Source: Takakia lepidozioides (lineage: Eukaryota; Plantae; Bryophyta). From it: a stretch of 64,000 nt of DNA. Positions 43,479-55,962 of this stretch are shown piece after piece. The stretch lies in assembly GCA_030704615.1 (NCBI GenBank), contig CM060734.1, positions 23,560,001 through 23,624,000 on the forward strand. Reading direction: 5' to 3'. Both the position numbers and the translations under genes were made by a program. Below the pieces are notes generated by a model. That model did no database searches and was not told where the DNA came from. It worked only from the letters and a program-made list of their open reading frames with translations. Position 1 is the stretch's first letter; each line of letters starts with the position of its first letter.

Positions 43479-45682
43479 GTTGTACAACATGCAATACAAA
43501 GCAGAGGCAGAAAGGAAACAGAGATCAATCGAAATTCATCCGATGGCTCAACGGATGGTTGGCCATCGAAATGATTTTGGTTGGCTTTGAGACTCGGCCA
43601 CTATGTTCAATGTGCCATGTAAGACGCCCCAGAGTAATATGAGATCAATCGAAATTCGTTCAACGGGCCAACGGATGGTTGCCCATCCAAATGATTTTTC
43701 GTTCGCTTTGAAACTTGGCCGGTGTGTTCAATGTACCCTCCGATACGTCCCAGTGTAATAATCGAAATTCGTTGGATTGTCCAACGAGGCGTTCACTTGT
43801 CATCTGGTTTTGTTCAATGCGAAAAAAGAAATCCTGCAATGCGCGCACGACTATTGCACCCATTGAACGGATGTGGTTGAAGCCCCTCTTTTGCCCGCAT
43901 GTGCTCGAACATGTGCGGAGACACAACAGACGAATAAATCATTTGCCTCCCCATCGACGCGCTCCTCCCTCAAGCCATTCCACAATTTAATTGAATTTAA
44001 ATTTATTTTAAGCCAGTAAATAGGTTTGCACTGCCTTTTCATCGGGGGTTCTGGCACGTACCGATTTCGTTTTTGGCTCAATTTTGTTCAGCGGCTTCCA
44101 GCATCCCACCGCTACTCCCCGCCGAAATTCGGACCAATCAAAAATGCCCCCAAAAAAGGGTGTTCTCTTCGTTCACTATTGCAGAACTCTCTATGAAGAG
44201 TGCACGAAGTAGAACACAAATCAAGTTTGGAGTGCAAAACAGGGAAGAAACTGTGGTTTTGGGTCCAAATGAATTTGGATCGCTCCCAAATTTGGCACGC
44301 ACGTCAGCTTGTCATATCATTGCTCCATCGTCACATCAGTATGCCATAGGGAACAAGAGACAGTCGCCCTAATGATTGATTGTCCACCATACTAGGTTAA
44401 ACATAGGAGCCATCAAGATCAAAGGAAAGAGGAAGAAAGGATCGTTCTCCCCCAAAGATACAGATGGCGTCGCTTCTTCAACTCGATTCCAATCAACTTC
44501 AAGCTTTAAAATCCATGTTAAGTGAGGACCCTCACCTGGTCCCATCACACGCAATCAGAAACAGTTAAGTTAGAGACGATGTGGAACCCCAGGTGAATCG
44601 CAGGTCTCACGCTTGTTATCGTTGTACAACATGCAATACAAAGCAGAGGCAGAAAGGAAACAGAGATCAATCGAAATTCATTCGATGGCTCAACGGATGG
44701 TTGGCCATCGAAATGATTTTGGTTGGCTTTGAGACTCGGCCACTATGTTCAATGTGCCATGTAAGACGCCCCAGAGTAATATGAGATCAATCGAAATTCG
44801 TTCAACGGGCCAACGGATGGTTGCCCATCCAAATGATTTTTCGTTCGCTTTGAAACTTGGCCGGTGTGTTCAATGTACCCTCCGATACGTCCCAGTGTAA
44901 TAATCGAAATTCGTTGGATTGTCCAACGAGGCGTTCACTTGTCATCTGGTTTTTGTTCAATGCGAAAAAAGAAATCCTGCAATGCGCGCACGACTATTGC
45001 ACCCATTGAACGGATGTGGTTGAAGCCCCTCTTTTGCCCGCATGTGCTCGAACATGTGCGGAGACACAACAGACGAATAAATCATTTGCCTCCCCATCGA
45101 CGCGCTCCTCCCTCAAGCCATTCCACAATTTAATTGAATTTAAATTTATTTTAAGCCAGTAAATAGGTTTGCACTGCCTTCATCGGGGGTTTCTGGCACG
45201 TACCGATTTCGTTTTTGGCTCAATTTTGTTCAGCGGCTTCCAGCATCCCACCGCTACTCCCCCGCCGAAATTCGGACCAATCAAAAATGCCCCCAAAAAA
45301 GGGTGTTCTCTTCGTTCACTATTGCAGAACTCTCTATGAAGAGTGCACGAAGTAGAACACAAATCAAGTTTGGAGTGCAAAACAGGGAAGAAACTGTGGT
45401 TTTGGGTCCAAATGAATTTGGATCGCTCCCAAATTTGGCACGCACGTCAGCTTGTCATATCATTGCTCCATCGTCACATCAGTATGCCATAGGGAACAAG
45501 AGACAGTCGCCCTAATGATTGATTGTCCACCATACTAGGTTAAACATAGGAGCCATCAAGATCAAAGGAAAGAGGAAGAAAGGATCGTTCTCCCCCAAAG
45601 ATACAGATGGCGTCGCTTCTTCAACTCGATTCCAATCAACTTCAAGCTTTAAAATCCATGTTAAGTGAGGACCCTCACCTGG
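43474..45682. repeat. Second tandem repeat, ~1142-bp unit, ~1.9 copies before the gap
   Basis: TTATCGTTGTACAACATGC at 43474 and 44616, with collinear near-identical sequence after each. Internal sub-repeat GAGATCAATCGAAATTC...AACGGATGGTTG. Confidence 0.96.
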
Positions 45683-46182
45683 NNNNNNNNNNNNNNNNNN
45701 NNNNNNNNNNNNNNNNNNNNNNNNNNNNNNNNNNNNNNNNNNNNNNNNNNNNNNNNNNNNNNNNNNNNNNNNNNNNNNNNNNNNNNNNNNNNNNNNNNNN
45801 NNNNNNNNNNNNNNNNNNNNNNNNNNNNNNNNNNNNNNNNNNNNNNNNNNNNNNNNNNNNNNNNNNNNNNNNNNNNNNNNNNNNNNNNNNNNNNNNNNNN
45901 NNNNNNNNNNNNNNNNNNNNNNNNNNNNNNNNNNNNNNNNNNNNNNNNNNNNNNNNNNNNNNNNNNNNNNNNNNNNNNNNNNNNNNNNNNNNNNNNNNNN
46001 NNNNNNNNNNNNNNNNNNNNNNNNNNNNNNNNNNNNNNNNNNNNNNNNNNNNNNNNNNNNNNNNNNNNNNNNNNNNNNNNNNNNNNNNNNNNNNNNNNNN
46101 NNNNNNNNNNNNNNNNNNNNNNNNNNNNNNNNNNNNNNNNNNNNNNNNNNNNNNNNNNNNNNNNNNNNNNNNNNNNNNNNNN
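45683..46182. other. Assembly gap (500 N)
   Basis: Run of N. Confidence 1.
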
Positions 46183-46253
46183 GTAGTGTGGATTCCCCAT
46201 GGCGTGGGGTGCACTTGGCTTGACTTGTATTTGAGTGATGAGGTTATATATGC

Positions 46254-47649
46254 ATGAGTTTATGCTTCAGCTTTGTCGACGACATCTCTGAGATTCCACC
46301 ACCTCCAACACACGTATCTTCTGTCGAAGAACCAAATGTGCAGGAAATAGGCAGTGTCGTTCCAAAGTTGCAGTCCATGAAAGGCTTGCCAAACTGCAGA
46401 AGTGACGTGCGTGGAATTGCGTGGGGGACAATTGATATAAGAGCAAAATACCTTCCCGCAGAATTTGATGGAGATGTGGTTTTTGAGCTGCCACCTCCGA
46501 CGTCCTATGGAGGTTTGGAGGGACTCATGCAAGGGATGGACAAGAAGCACGATGGACACCCTTGGTGTCGAACTAAAACAACCAACATACATAACCCTCA
46601 TGGCTTGTCTTTCCGTAGATCAGTCTGCGTTGGGCACCTCCGTTGTGGAAATGAAGTCGGCAACTGTAGAGGTTTGGCGGGACTCATGCAAGGGATGGAC
46701 AAGAAGCACGACGGATACCCTTGGTGTCAAACTAAGACAACCAACATACATAACCCTCATGACTTGTCTTTCCGTAGATCAGTCTGCGTTGGGCACCTCC
46801 GTTGTGGAAATGAAGTCTGCAACTGCCTATCATTGAGAGGTTCCCCAAACGAGACAAAGTGGGAGGGTTGCGCGGATAACCCATTCGAAGTGGGGTGCCC
46901 ACCTACACGACGTTGCTCTGCAAATATTGCAAAACGGCCCCAACATGCATTGGCACATGCAAGGCCCACATGTACTATGTGCTCCATCGTTCTCGCAGCT
47001 TGACCCGAGCTTGTGTTCATCTCGGCAATCATACCCACCCCGTATCGAAAGGGGATTGTCGGGAAAGTCTTGAAACAATTCGGGGACTTCTACGGCATGA
47101 GGTGGAGAATGCTCCTTATGCACTGCCATCTGCAATTGCACGTTCTGCAAGCAAGAGCTTCTTGCAAAAACACATTCTAGGAGGAGCGGAAGAGAACATT
47201 TTGAAATTGGACGGCGAAAAATTGGACGTCGTTATGGACTATTTCTCGACCCTTAGTTTGCCCAATGTACGCAACCAACTCAACGCACTGAGAATGGGGA
47301 CAGGGAGCAGAGGTTATGTGGATAGCATCCTGGAATTGAAGCGCAGAAGCATGTACGACTTCATTCAAGATAATGTCTTTCCTGGTCAGGGGTCATTGAA
47401 AGTGTTCTTATTCACGATGTCAACAGTTGCGGAGGGAAGTGGAGTTAGCTTGGTCCGCAGAATGCAGCCCGGTGGCGATCTCCAGAAATCCTGGCTCATG
47501 TTTGATCACGTGAAACGTGTGAAGGGCTGGACAACCATGGCTGCTCATGTGTACGATCCTTCTTACCAAAGAGTTATGACGATTGCAGTGTGTGACATGC
47601 AATCCGAAGACACTGAGTCTCAAATCCTAATGTGGAAGTCCTTTGTGAA
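46254..47649 (+). pseudogene. Mutator-like transposase fragment with GCM/WRKY-type zinc domain; frameshifted and 3'-truncated
   Basis: CVGHLRCGNEVC...CKYC...C...HLGNHTHP zinc-binding region, followed by the MULE-like first catalytic strand WLMFDHVKRVKGWTTMAAHVYD...IAVCDMQSED. Frameshift near 46900. Confidence 0.7.
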
Positions 47650-50600
47650 AGTCAGATTCATACAGATGCGTCGGACTTCGCGATTGGGGGTGTACTTATG
47701 CAAGATGAACGTCCAGTGGCTTACAAAAGTAAGACACTGACTGAAGTGGAGCGACGGTGGCCGACGCACGAAAAAGAGATGAAGGCGGTGGTGCATTGCC
47801 TCGAGCTTTGGCGCCACTATGTTGGTTCCAACCCAGTGAAGGTGTTCACGGACAATGTCACGGTGAAGTATTTTGCCACGCAGCCCAAGTTGTCCCCAAA
47901 ACAACTTAGGTGGCAAGATACTTTGGCGGTGTTCGACGTGGATATCCAGTACAAACCGGGACGAGACAACGTGGTGGCCGATGCTTTAAGTAGAAAGCAG
48001 CAGCTCTTGTTGGTGTACAAGGGCGAGACGGCGCTCCAAAGGAAGATCCGGAAGGCTTGCCGGAAGGATGAGCTGGCAAAGTCCGCGATGCAGGACTTGA
48101 GGATGGGGGGTAAATCGCAGTTCCACTTGCAAAATGGACTGCTCCGGTATAAGCAAAAACGTCTCTACGTGCCGAAGGGAGGGATCATAGATAGCCTCTT
48201 GAGATAATGCCATGATAGCCCGCTTGCGGGCCACGACGGAGCCAAGCGCACTGCGTCACTCTTGAAGAAAGAGTATTTCTGGCCCAAACTGAGGGAGGAG
48301 GCAGAGGAGTATGTCAAGACATGCACCACATGCCAACAAAACCGGAGCGAGTACAAAAAGCAAGCGGGGCTGTTACAACCCTTGCCAATTCCAGAGGGGA
48401 CTTGGGAAAGCGTCTCGATGGATTTCATGACTGCTATGCCGCTGTCAAAAGGATTCGATGCAATCATGGTGGTGGTGGATAGGTTCAGTAAAATGGGCCA
48501 TTTCATCCCCACCAAGGAGACGGCAACGGCGCTGGAGACAGGGCGACTTTACTTCGCCCACGTCTTAAAACATCATGGAGTCCCGAAGGATATTGTCTCG
48601 GACCGCGATCCAAAGTTTACGAGTAAATTTTGGAGGGCACTTTGGAAGAAGATGGGGACGAGGCTAAAGATGAGCACCGCCTTCCGACCTACGACCGACG
48701 GCCAAACAGAAATGGTGAATTCCGTAGTGAAGCAGATCTTGCGGAATTACGTGTCGGCAGACCAAACAGACTGGGTGGAACACTTAGACGCGACAGAGTT
48801 CTGTTATAATAACACAGAACACTCCACAACGGGAGTTTCCCCTTTCGTATTGGTCTATGGAAAAGCACCTCTGGTGCCGACAAGTTGGGCCGCCCAGGAC
48901 GTTGAGGAACCGGCAGTAGCGGCGGTACTGGAAGAACGCGAGCGTTTGTTGAAGCTCGCAAAGTACAATATTGCCAAAGCTAGGAAACGGTATGAAAGGC
49001 AGGCAAATCGGAAGCGGAGGGAAGTGAAGTTTGAGGCAGGCACAGAGGTCTGGTTGAACATCAAGAATTTCCGACTACCTCCGGAAGTGAGTCCGAAGTT
49101 CGTACCTCCGTATGCGGGACCCTTTCGCATTCGGAAGGTTATGAATGAGGATGTGTATGAATTGGAGCTGCCGGCAAACAGTAAGGTGCACCCAATATTC
49201 CATGTATCCCTTTTGAAGCCTTACTTCAAAGATGAAGCGCGTCCGAATCGGCATCAAGTGTTGCGTCCACCACCTATGCTGTTGGATCATGAAAATGAAC
49301 CTGAGTACGAGGTGGAGGCAATACTTAAGTCGAGGAGGTTCAGGAACCGAGAAACGGAGTATCTCGTCAAATGGAAGGGCTATCATCATGTGGAGGCATC
49401 TTGGGTGTGTGCCTCAGAAATGGGAAACGCATCCGAGGCGGTTGCAGCTTTCGAAGGGCGACCTAAAAAGCGGAAGAAGCGTTGATGGGGACATCAACCT
49501 TGGAGCCTGGGGGAGGAAATGCATGCTTAGCCCGGCTTAGCTAGCTTAGAAATCCGATTGCAAAAACTTGTATTGTACAAAAATTTGTTATAAAGGAAAT
49601 GGGTTCCAAATTCTGTGCGTCCTATTTTGTTTGGAATGTTGATGCATGGTGTGGTTGGCTAGTGTGTAGAATGCATGCTAGCTTACAAAAGTGGGAGAGG
49701 TAAATTGGGTTAATCGTGTGTTTGCGTAGTGCCGAAATCAGGTGACCCCCATCCAAGGGGCAAGGAAACTTGCGCCTTCTTTGGGAGTTCACGTGCTAGT
49801 GCGCACCTGGCGCGTGCGCGTACTATAACTGCGCTACCGAGGGGGTTGCCTCGTAGTGCGGGTTAACGCGGAAGCTACGTGCTTCCGTTCACGTACTATA
49901 ATCGTGTAGCCTCGGGACGAAGCCGTAGTGCGGCTTCGGCGTGTTCCCATACCTCAGGCCAGCATTCCAAGGCGGACCCAATTGTAGTGATTGGGGCGCA
50001 CGGTTTGTTCAAGGTTATCTTCCTAGTCAAAGAGGGTTCCAGGTGAACCCTTGCTCAAGGTAATGCCAAAAGCGGCATCATGAGCGGTCGCAAGCAATGT
50101 TGTTGCAGTAAGGCGATTCGATCCTCGGGGAGGATCGTTCCTTGGCCTTGAAGTAGGCCAAGAAGAGTGCACTGGGAGGAGCTAGAGAGGCTCCACCCTT
50201 GGCCAGGACTTGGAGGAAGTCGGCCAAACTAGCTAGTGGAGAGTAGAGTCAAGTGTAGGGTTTGGTTCTTTGCCATGGGACGCCATGGTACGGAAACAAA
50301 CTCCTTAATGTGGGACGCCACAACTTGGATGTTCGTTTCTACGAAATGGACAAATCGATGAGGACATCGACTCCCTGTTGGTAGGGGTGTGTGTCGCGGC
50401 CCTTTGCCTTGAGGGCAGAGGGGTCGGGACACATGAGGGGCTGCCCCTGTGGTGGGGGCAGCAGCAGCGATAGGTATGGGGGGGCTGAAGCACCCTTGAG
50501 TGCCCAAGGCACTCAAGGAGGCGGAGGCGCTCACTAGGTGGAGTCCCGCACACCGGGTTGCGGTGGGGGTGGCTCCACAAGGGGTGGTGGTAGCTTAGCG

Positions 50601-51121
50601 GGACTTAGTGGGGGTGGCATAGGACTCACCATGGGGGCGGAGACCTCGTGGTGGGAGTCGTGGGGAGTCTTGGGACTCATCACGGTCCAGAGGGGCCGTG
50701 GTGAGTGGGCCAAGACTCACCGCGACTCATCACCGGGAGTCGAGGGTTTTCGTGGTGGTTCGCCATAAAATGGCATGGTTGGTTGTGAAACCCCCGCGGA
50801 CAGCTACAGAAGTATATATAAGGGGAGTAGTGACCCCGAGAACGGTGCAAGCCCGTTGGTGACCAAAAACTAGTGAGTAAGCGAGCGAGCCGGAAAGCGA
50901 CCAAAGAGTGGGGAGCTGTTCCGGACTGCCATCTACCAAAGGGAATTCTCCTAGTCCCAAATAGGTGGAGGGTTTAGTGGGAAGCGAAGGGGGACCGTTA
51001 TGTCCCGGTGAGCAGCCGAAGCTCCAAGTTGGCCCGGGCGGCCAGGTTGGGAGTCAGGCGCGCGCATCAAAGCGAGTAACTATGACTTGAAGGGGAGCTT
51101 ATCGAAGTGAGGTGCGCGACA
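47650..51121 (+). mobile_element. 3' half of a chromoviral Ty3/Gypsy element (Galadriel-like): RNase H, integrase and chromodomain (47650-49485), then PPT and 3' LTR (~49520-51121)
   Basis: HTDASDFAIGGVL, EKEMKAVVHCL..WRHY, VADALSRK. Integrase H2C2 (stop at 48205 just before CHD) and DDE core (SMDF, VSDRD). Chromodomain EYEVEAIL...YLVKWKGY. PPT GGGGGAGGAAA at 49509-49519. LTR TG...CGACA with TATATAA near 50815. Confidence 0.88.
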
Positions 51122-54100
51122 GAAACTGCTCAGGAAACTTCCTTTGGAGGAAACTTCTCCAGCAAGAAACCTCTATAGGGGAAGCTTCTTAGGGAAACTT
51201 CTTAGTAGCCAGTATATATAGGAGGCGAGACTGGACACTCTTCAGTCTCGCCAACACCAGTTCAAGCTACTCTTGTTTCCAGTTCCCAATACTCTAGCCC
51301 AGTTTCCAGTATCTGGTACTCCAATCTAGTTTCCAGCATTCTAGTATTCAAGTCGTGTTCCAATATCTTGTATTTTTGTTCATTGTTATAAAGATCATAT
51401 TTGATTCATATTTACTGTGCATACGGCCACGCCGACCTTGACTTCTTGTCTAGTCTTGTACCTCTAATTTGATTTCTTGTTTGTGTTCAGTCATGTTCTC
51501 GTCCTTGACAGTTTGGCGAGACTGAAGTTTGTTCCTTAGTTAGTTAAGATGGAAGGTGAATTTGCGGAAATGGTCGCCACATTGCAGAGTCTTCAGCTCT
51601 AGATGCAAGAACTTCGTGCCTCTACTGCCCAACTACAAGCTGATCAGTCTCAAGATCTTAGCAACACTCTCAACAATTTGCAACAATAAATTTCAGAGTT
51701 GAAGGAATCGAATAATGGATCTTCAACCTTACGAGTCTCTACTACAACAAATCCTACTGCCATGGTTCATCCAAATCTTTAACAGATTACAAGGGAACCA
51801 AAGGTCAGCATGCCCAAAAAATTTGATGGGACGAGATCAAGATTTCGCGGTTTTGTTCAACAAGTACGATTGTTCCTACGACTATATCCACAACGCTACC
51901 CTGATGAAGGTATTCAAGTGGGATTTGTGGGCATCCTTCTATCAGGCACTGCCATATCTTGGTTTGCACCACTATTAGAGAAAAAATCGCATTTACTATA
52001 CAATTTTGAAGCGTTCATGTCCGAGTTCACTGCAACGTTTGGAGAGAATGATAGAGAGAGAGTTGCAAAGACAAAGATGCGAAATCTTCGACAAAGAGCA
52101 CGTCCAGCTTCCGTTTATGCTGCCGAATTTCGACAACTTGCGTGTGACCTCGACTGAATGAGAAGAGTCTCATTAGTCAGTTTCGATGTGGCCTAAAAGA
52201 GGAAGTAAAAGATTTGTTGCTGACGATGCCAAACGTGAGTACACTGAGCGAATTCATCACCCAAGTCATTGCATGCGATAATCGTTTGTTCGAAAGACGT
52301 CAAGAGAAGCGATCTGGATGGTCGACGACGCACCATGCCGCTGCTACCACGACACCAAACACAACGATCGATCAGACATCCGGTAATGATCATATGCAGA
52401 TTGATGCTGTCCGATTCAAGCCATTGACGCCACAAGAAAAACAAAGATGGCACTCAAATGGATTATGTCTTTATTGTGGAGAAGATGATCACATAGCATT
52501 CAACTGCCCCAACAAGAGAAGATTCAAAGCTTGGGGCCCAATTCTATTGGGACCATGCGGCTGGACACCCCAAATTCCTCACCAAAAAAAAATCTATTTC
52601 TACCTCCAGACCCTGTACCTTGTTTCACAGTTCCAGTAAAGATCAGGATGCAAAATCGAGATATCTCCGTAGAAGCACTTTTGGACTCGAGCGCTTCGGC
52701 GTGTTTTATTGACAAAGACTTTGCGAAGCAACACAATTTAACACTCGTAAGAAAGAAATTCTCGGCCCCTGTTGAAGTCATCGATGGACGACCGTTAGCG
52801 TCAGGAAATATTGACCATGAAACTCGACCCCTTGAAGTAAAGTTTAAAAATCAAGCATCACATATTGTTTTCAATGTCATCCAGTCTCCTACGAATCCTG
52901 TGATCCTTGGACTTCCCTAGTTTGTACTTCATAATCCTGACATCCACTGGCGATCACGAAAAATTTCGGCAAGACAAAAATGCAAAAGTACCAAAAGTAT
53001 TCAACCTCTGTTTCTTGGAGCTAGAACCTTCATGAGAGCTACAAAGAAAGACGCGACATTTGCACTTTATGCGACTCCGATCAAAACCACAACAGACCAA
53101 AGTACTTCGACATTACCCACTCAATATCAAGATTTCAATGATGTCTTTAAGAAGAAAAATGCAGACATGCTGCCAGAATATCGACCTTATAATTGTGCAA
53201 TTGAGTTGCAAGAAGGAGCTCAACCACCATTCGGCCCGATCTACAATTTATCTCAGATGGAGCTGGCTGCTTTACGCGAATACATTGATGAAAATTTGTC
53301 AAAGAATTTCATTCGACATTCGAAATCACCTGCGGGAGCACCTATCTTATTTGTGAAGAAGAAGGACGGATCGTTACGCATGTGTGTGGACTATCGTGGG
53401 CTCAACAAAGTCACTACCGCTGATTTCCGGACTCCTCGAACAACTTGGACGAGCAAATTTTTTCACAAAGATCGACTTGAGAGGAGCTTACAACCTTGTA
53501 CGAATAAAAGAAGGAGACGAATGGGAGACTGCTTTTCGCACAAGGTACGGACATTTCAAATACAGTGTTATGCCTTTCGGTCTTACAAATGCTCCAGCAA
53601 ATTTTTAACACATAATGAATGACATTAGATGACTTTGTAGTCATCTATTTGGACGACATTTTGATATTTTCACAGAATGAAGAAGAACATGGTCGCTATG
53701 TACGCCTTGTCCTTGATAAATTGAGGGAAAGAAGAATATATGTCAAGTTGGAAAAAATGACATTTCCACCAATCTGAAGTCGAATTTTTGTGCTACATTA
53801 TTTCCGACAAATGAGTCTTTGTAGATCAAAAGAAAATACAAACCATCATCGAGTGGATTAAACCGATGTACAATGTTTTCCGATGTCCGAGATGTACAAT
53901 GTTTTCTAGGATTTGCAAATTTCTATAGAATCTTTATCAATGATTACTCCAAAATTGCTGCACCATTGACACGACTCACAGGGAAGGACAAATTTGTAAG
54001 GGACGAGAAGGCTGACCAAGCATTTGAAATGCTGAAGCAGGCATTTACAACGGCTCCAATACTGGTACATGCAGACCCATCTAAACCATTTTTTTTGGAA

Positions 54101-54786
54101 GCAGATGCATCGGACTTTGCACTTGGCGCGGTACCCTCTCAATACGGTACAGATGGCCGACTTCACCATGTTGGTTTTCGTTCTCGCAAATTTTCCGCTA
54201 CGGAGATCAATTATGAAATCCATGACAAAGAACTTCTAGCGATTATCGATGTTTTTGAGGAGTGGCATCATCTATTGGAGGGAGCTAAACATCAGGTCAC
54301 AGTCTATACCGATCACAAAAACCTCGAGTATTTTATGAGTGCTCGTGTTTTGAATCGACGTCAAGCAAGATGGAATATGTCAGTAGCAAGGTTTGATTTT
54401 GTTATTACCTACCGTCCCGGACATCTTCAAGGAAAACCAGATGCTCTTTCTCGACGATCGTATCTTGCGCCAAAAGAAGGGGATGCAGCTTTTGACCAAC
54501 AGAAATCCATCATCTTGAAACCAGCAAATCTCGAAGTGAATATGCTATCCATGTCCACCTATGATAATGTAGAGATCATAAAGGAGATTCAGAAAGCACT
54601 GAAGAGTGACCAATTTGCTACGACACTACGAAGTCAACTAAATCAACCTCGAGACACCATATGTTACAAACGACTTCGAATTCAAAGATGGCTTACTTTA
54701 TTTCATGGGACTTCTCTATGTACCTCCAGGACCTACACGACTTCGAATTCTTCAAACATGTCATGATCTTCCGGCTGTAGGACATT
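51122..54786 (+). mobile_element. Decayed Tf1/sushi (Tcn1-like) Ty3/Gypsy element: partial 5' LTR to 51510, gag, protease, RT, RNase H; cut off at the start of integrase
   Basis: Gag PKKFDGTRSRFRGF...LLSGTAISW, CCHC knuckle CLYCGEDDHIAFNC, protease [32 protein letters not shown] and YLDD, RNase H LEADASDFALGAV, last motif CHDLPAVGH. Multiple stops and frameshifts. Confidence 0.92.
51240..51527 (+). promoter_or_regulatory. Self-priming site pair of the Tf1/sushi-type element
   Basis: CTTCAGTCTCGCCAA (51240-51254, ~20 nt after TATATATA) is the exact reverse complement of TTGGCGAGACTGAAG (51513-51527), just 3' of the LTR end. Confidence 0.8.
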
Positions 54787-55027
54787 CCTAGTTGCAAATT
54801 TGGACATGACGTGACGTTGACGCGTCAGCGTCACGTCTGACGTCAGCGACGGACGTGCGTCATGTCACGTTCTAAACCGACGTTACTGTACATAAATATG
54901 TTTATTTTTTTACTTTACTATTGATTATTTACTATGAGAACCGACGTGGCAACCGATGTGGCCTCATTACGTGGACTTCATTAATTATCTGTAAAATTTA
55001 TATATTATGATTTATATTGTCAATCAT

Positions 55028-55645
55028 GCGACCGTCAGCAAAGGTTGGTCGGACAAATTTTATTTTTTCTTAAATAGGTGCGACCACCAGAAGGGGGTGG
55101 TTGCACATTTTTTCTTATTTTTTAAATGGGTGCGACCACCAGCAGGTGGTGGTCGCAACATTTTCATTTTTTTTAATAGGTGCGACCACAAGCAGAAGGT
55201 GGTCGCACATTTTTTCTTTTTTTTTAAATTGGGTGCGACCACCAGCAGGTGTTGGTCACAATTTGTTTTTAAAAAAAAAATAGGTGCGACCACCAGCAGG
55301 TGGTGGTCGCAACTTTTTCATTTTTTTTAAATAGGTGCGACCACCAGCAAAGGATGGTCGCACATTTTTAATTATTTTTTAGATGGGTGCGACCACCAGC
55401 AAGGGATGGTCGCACATTTTTAATTATTTTTTAAATGGGTGCGACCACCAGTAGGGGATGGTCGCATATTTTTAATTATTTTTTAAATGGGTGCGACAAC
55501 CAGCCGGTGGTGGTCGCAGACTTTTTCTTTTTTGTTATTAGGTGCGACCGCTTATGGGGGGTCGCACATTTTCTTTTTTGTTATTAGGTGCGACCGCTCC
55601 CTGGATACGTGGCGAGGCGTGAATGGGCAGCAGAGGCGGTCGCAC
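55028..55645. repeat. Subterminal stem-loop repeats, ~12 copies at ~52-bp period
   Basis: GGTGCGACCACC-N5-8-GGTGGTCGCA units separated by T-rich spacers. Confidence 0.93.
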
Positions 55646-55962
55646 GTCAGGCCTCTCCAGGCAGTATATAAGGGCCTACCCCTCATTCCCAACCCACTTT
55701 TTTCCCTCTTTATGAGTGCAGTTCTGGGGCTTCTTGGAGTTTGAACTTCGGTGGTCAAGACTGAGCGTGGGGGGGGGGAAGAAAGTGGATTTGTGTGGAG
55801 GAGGAGTTTTTGCCTTTTTTTCCTGGGACTGCGGGAGAGTTTGTTTTGGGTACTATACTAATAGAGGGTGAGGAAATTGGTCTGCTAGTATATAAGGTTA
55901 TGAATAGTTTGGGTTTAGTTTTCCGTTACGAAGCCGCGTCTATTCCGCAGAGTACTTTCATC

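Noticed and set aside
54787-54840. Helitron 3' end (CTAG plus hairpin) on the minus strand
   Set aside because: The flanking base is not the expected A|T target, and the subterminal repeat array fits a TIR element better; not fully excluded.
55028-55645. CRISPR array or bacterial terminators
   Set aside because: Spacers are near-identical T-rich tracts, and the position next to an element end fits subterminal repeats.
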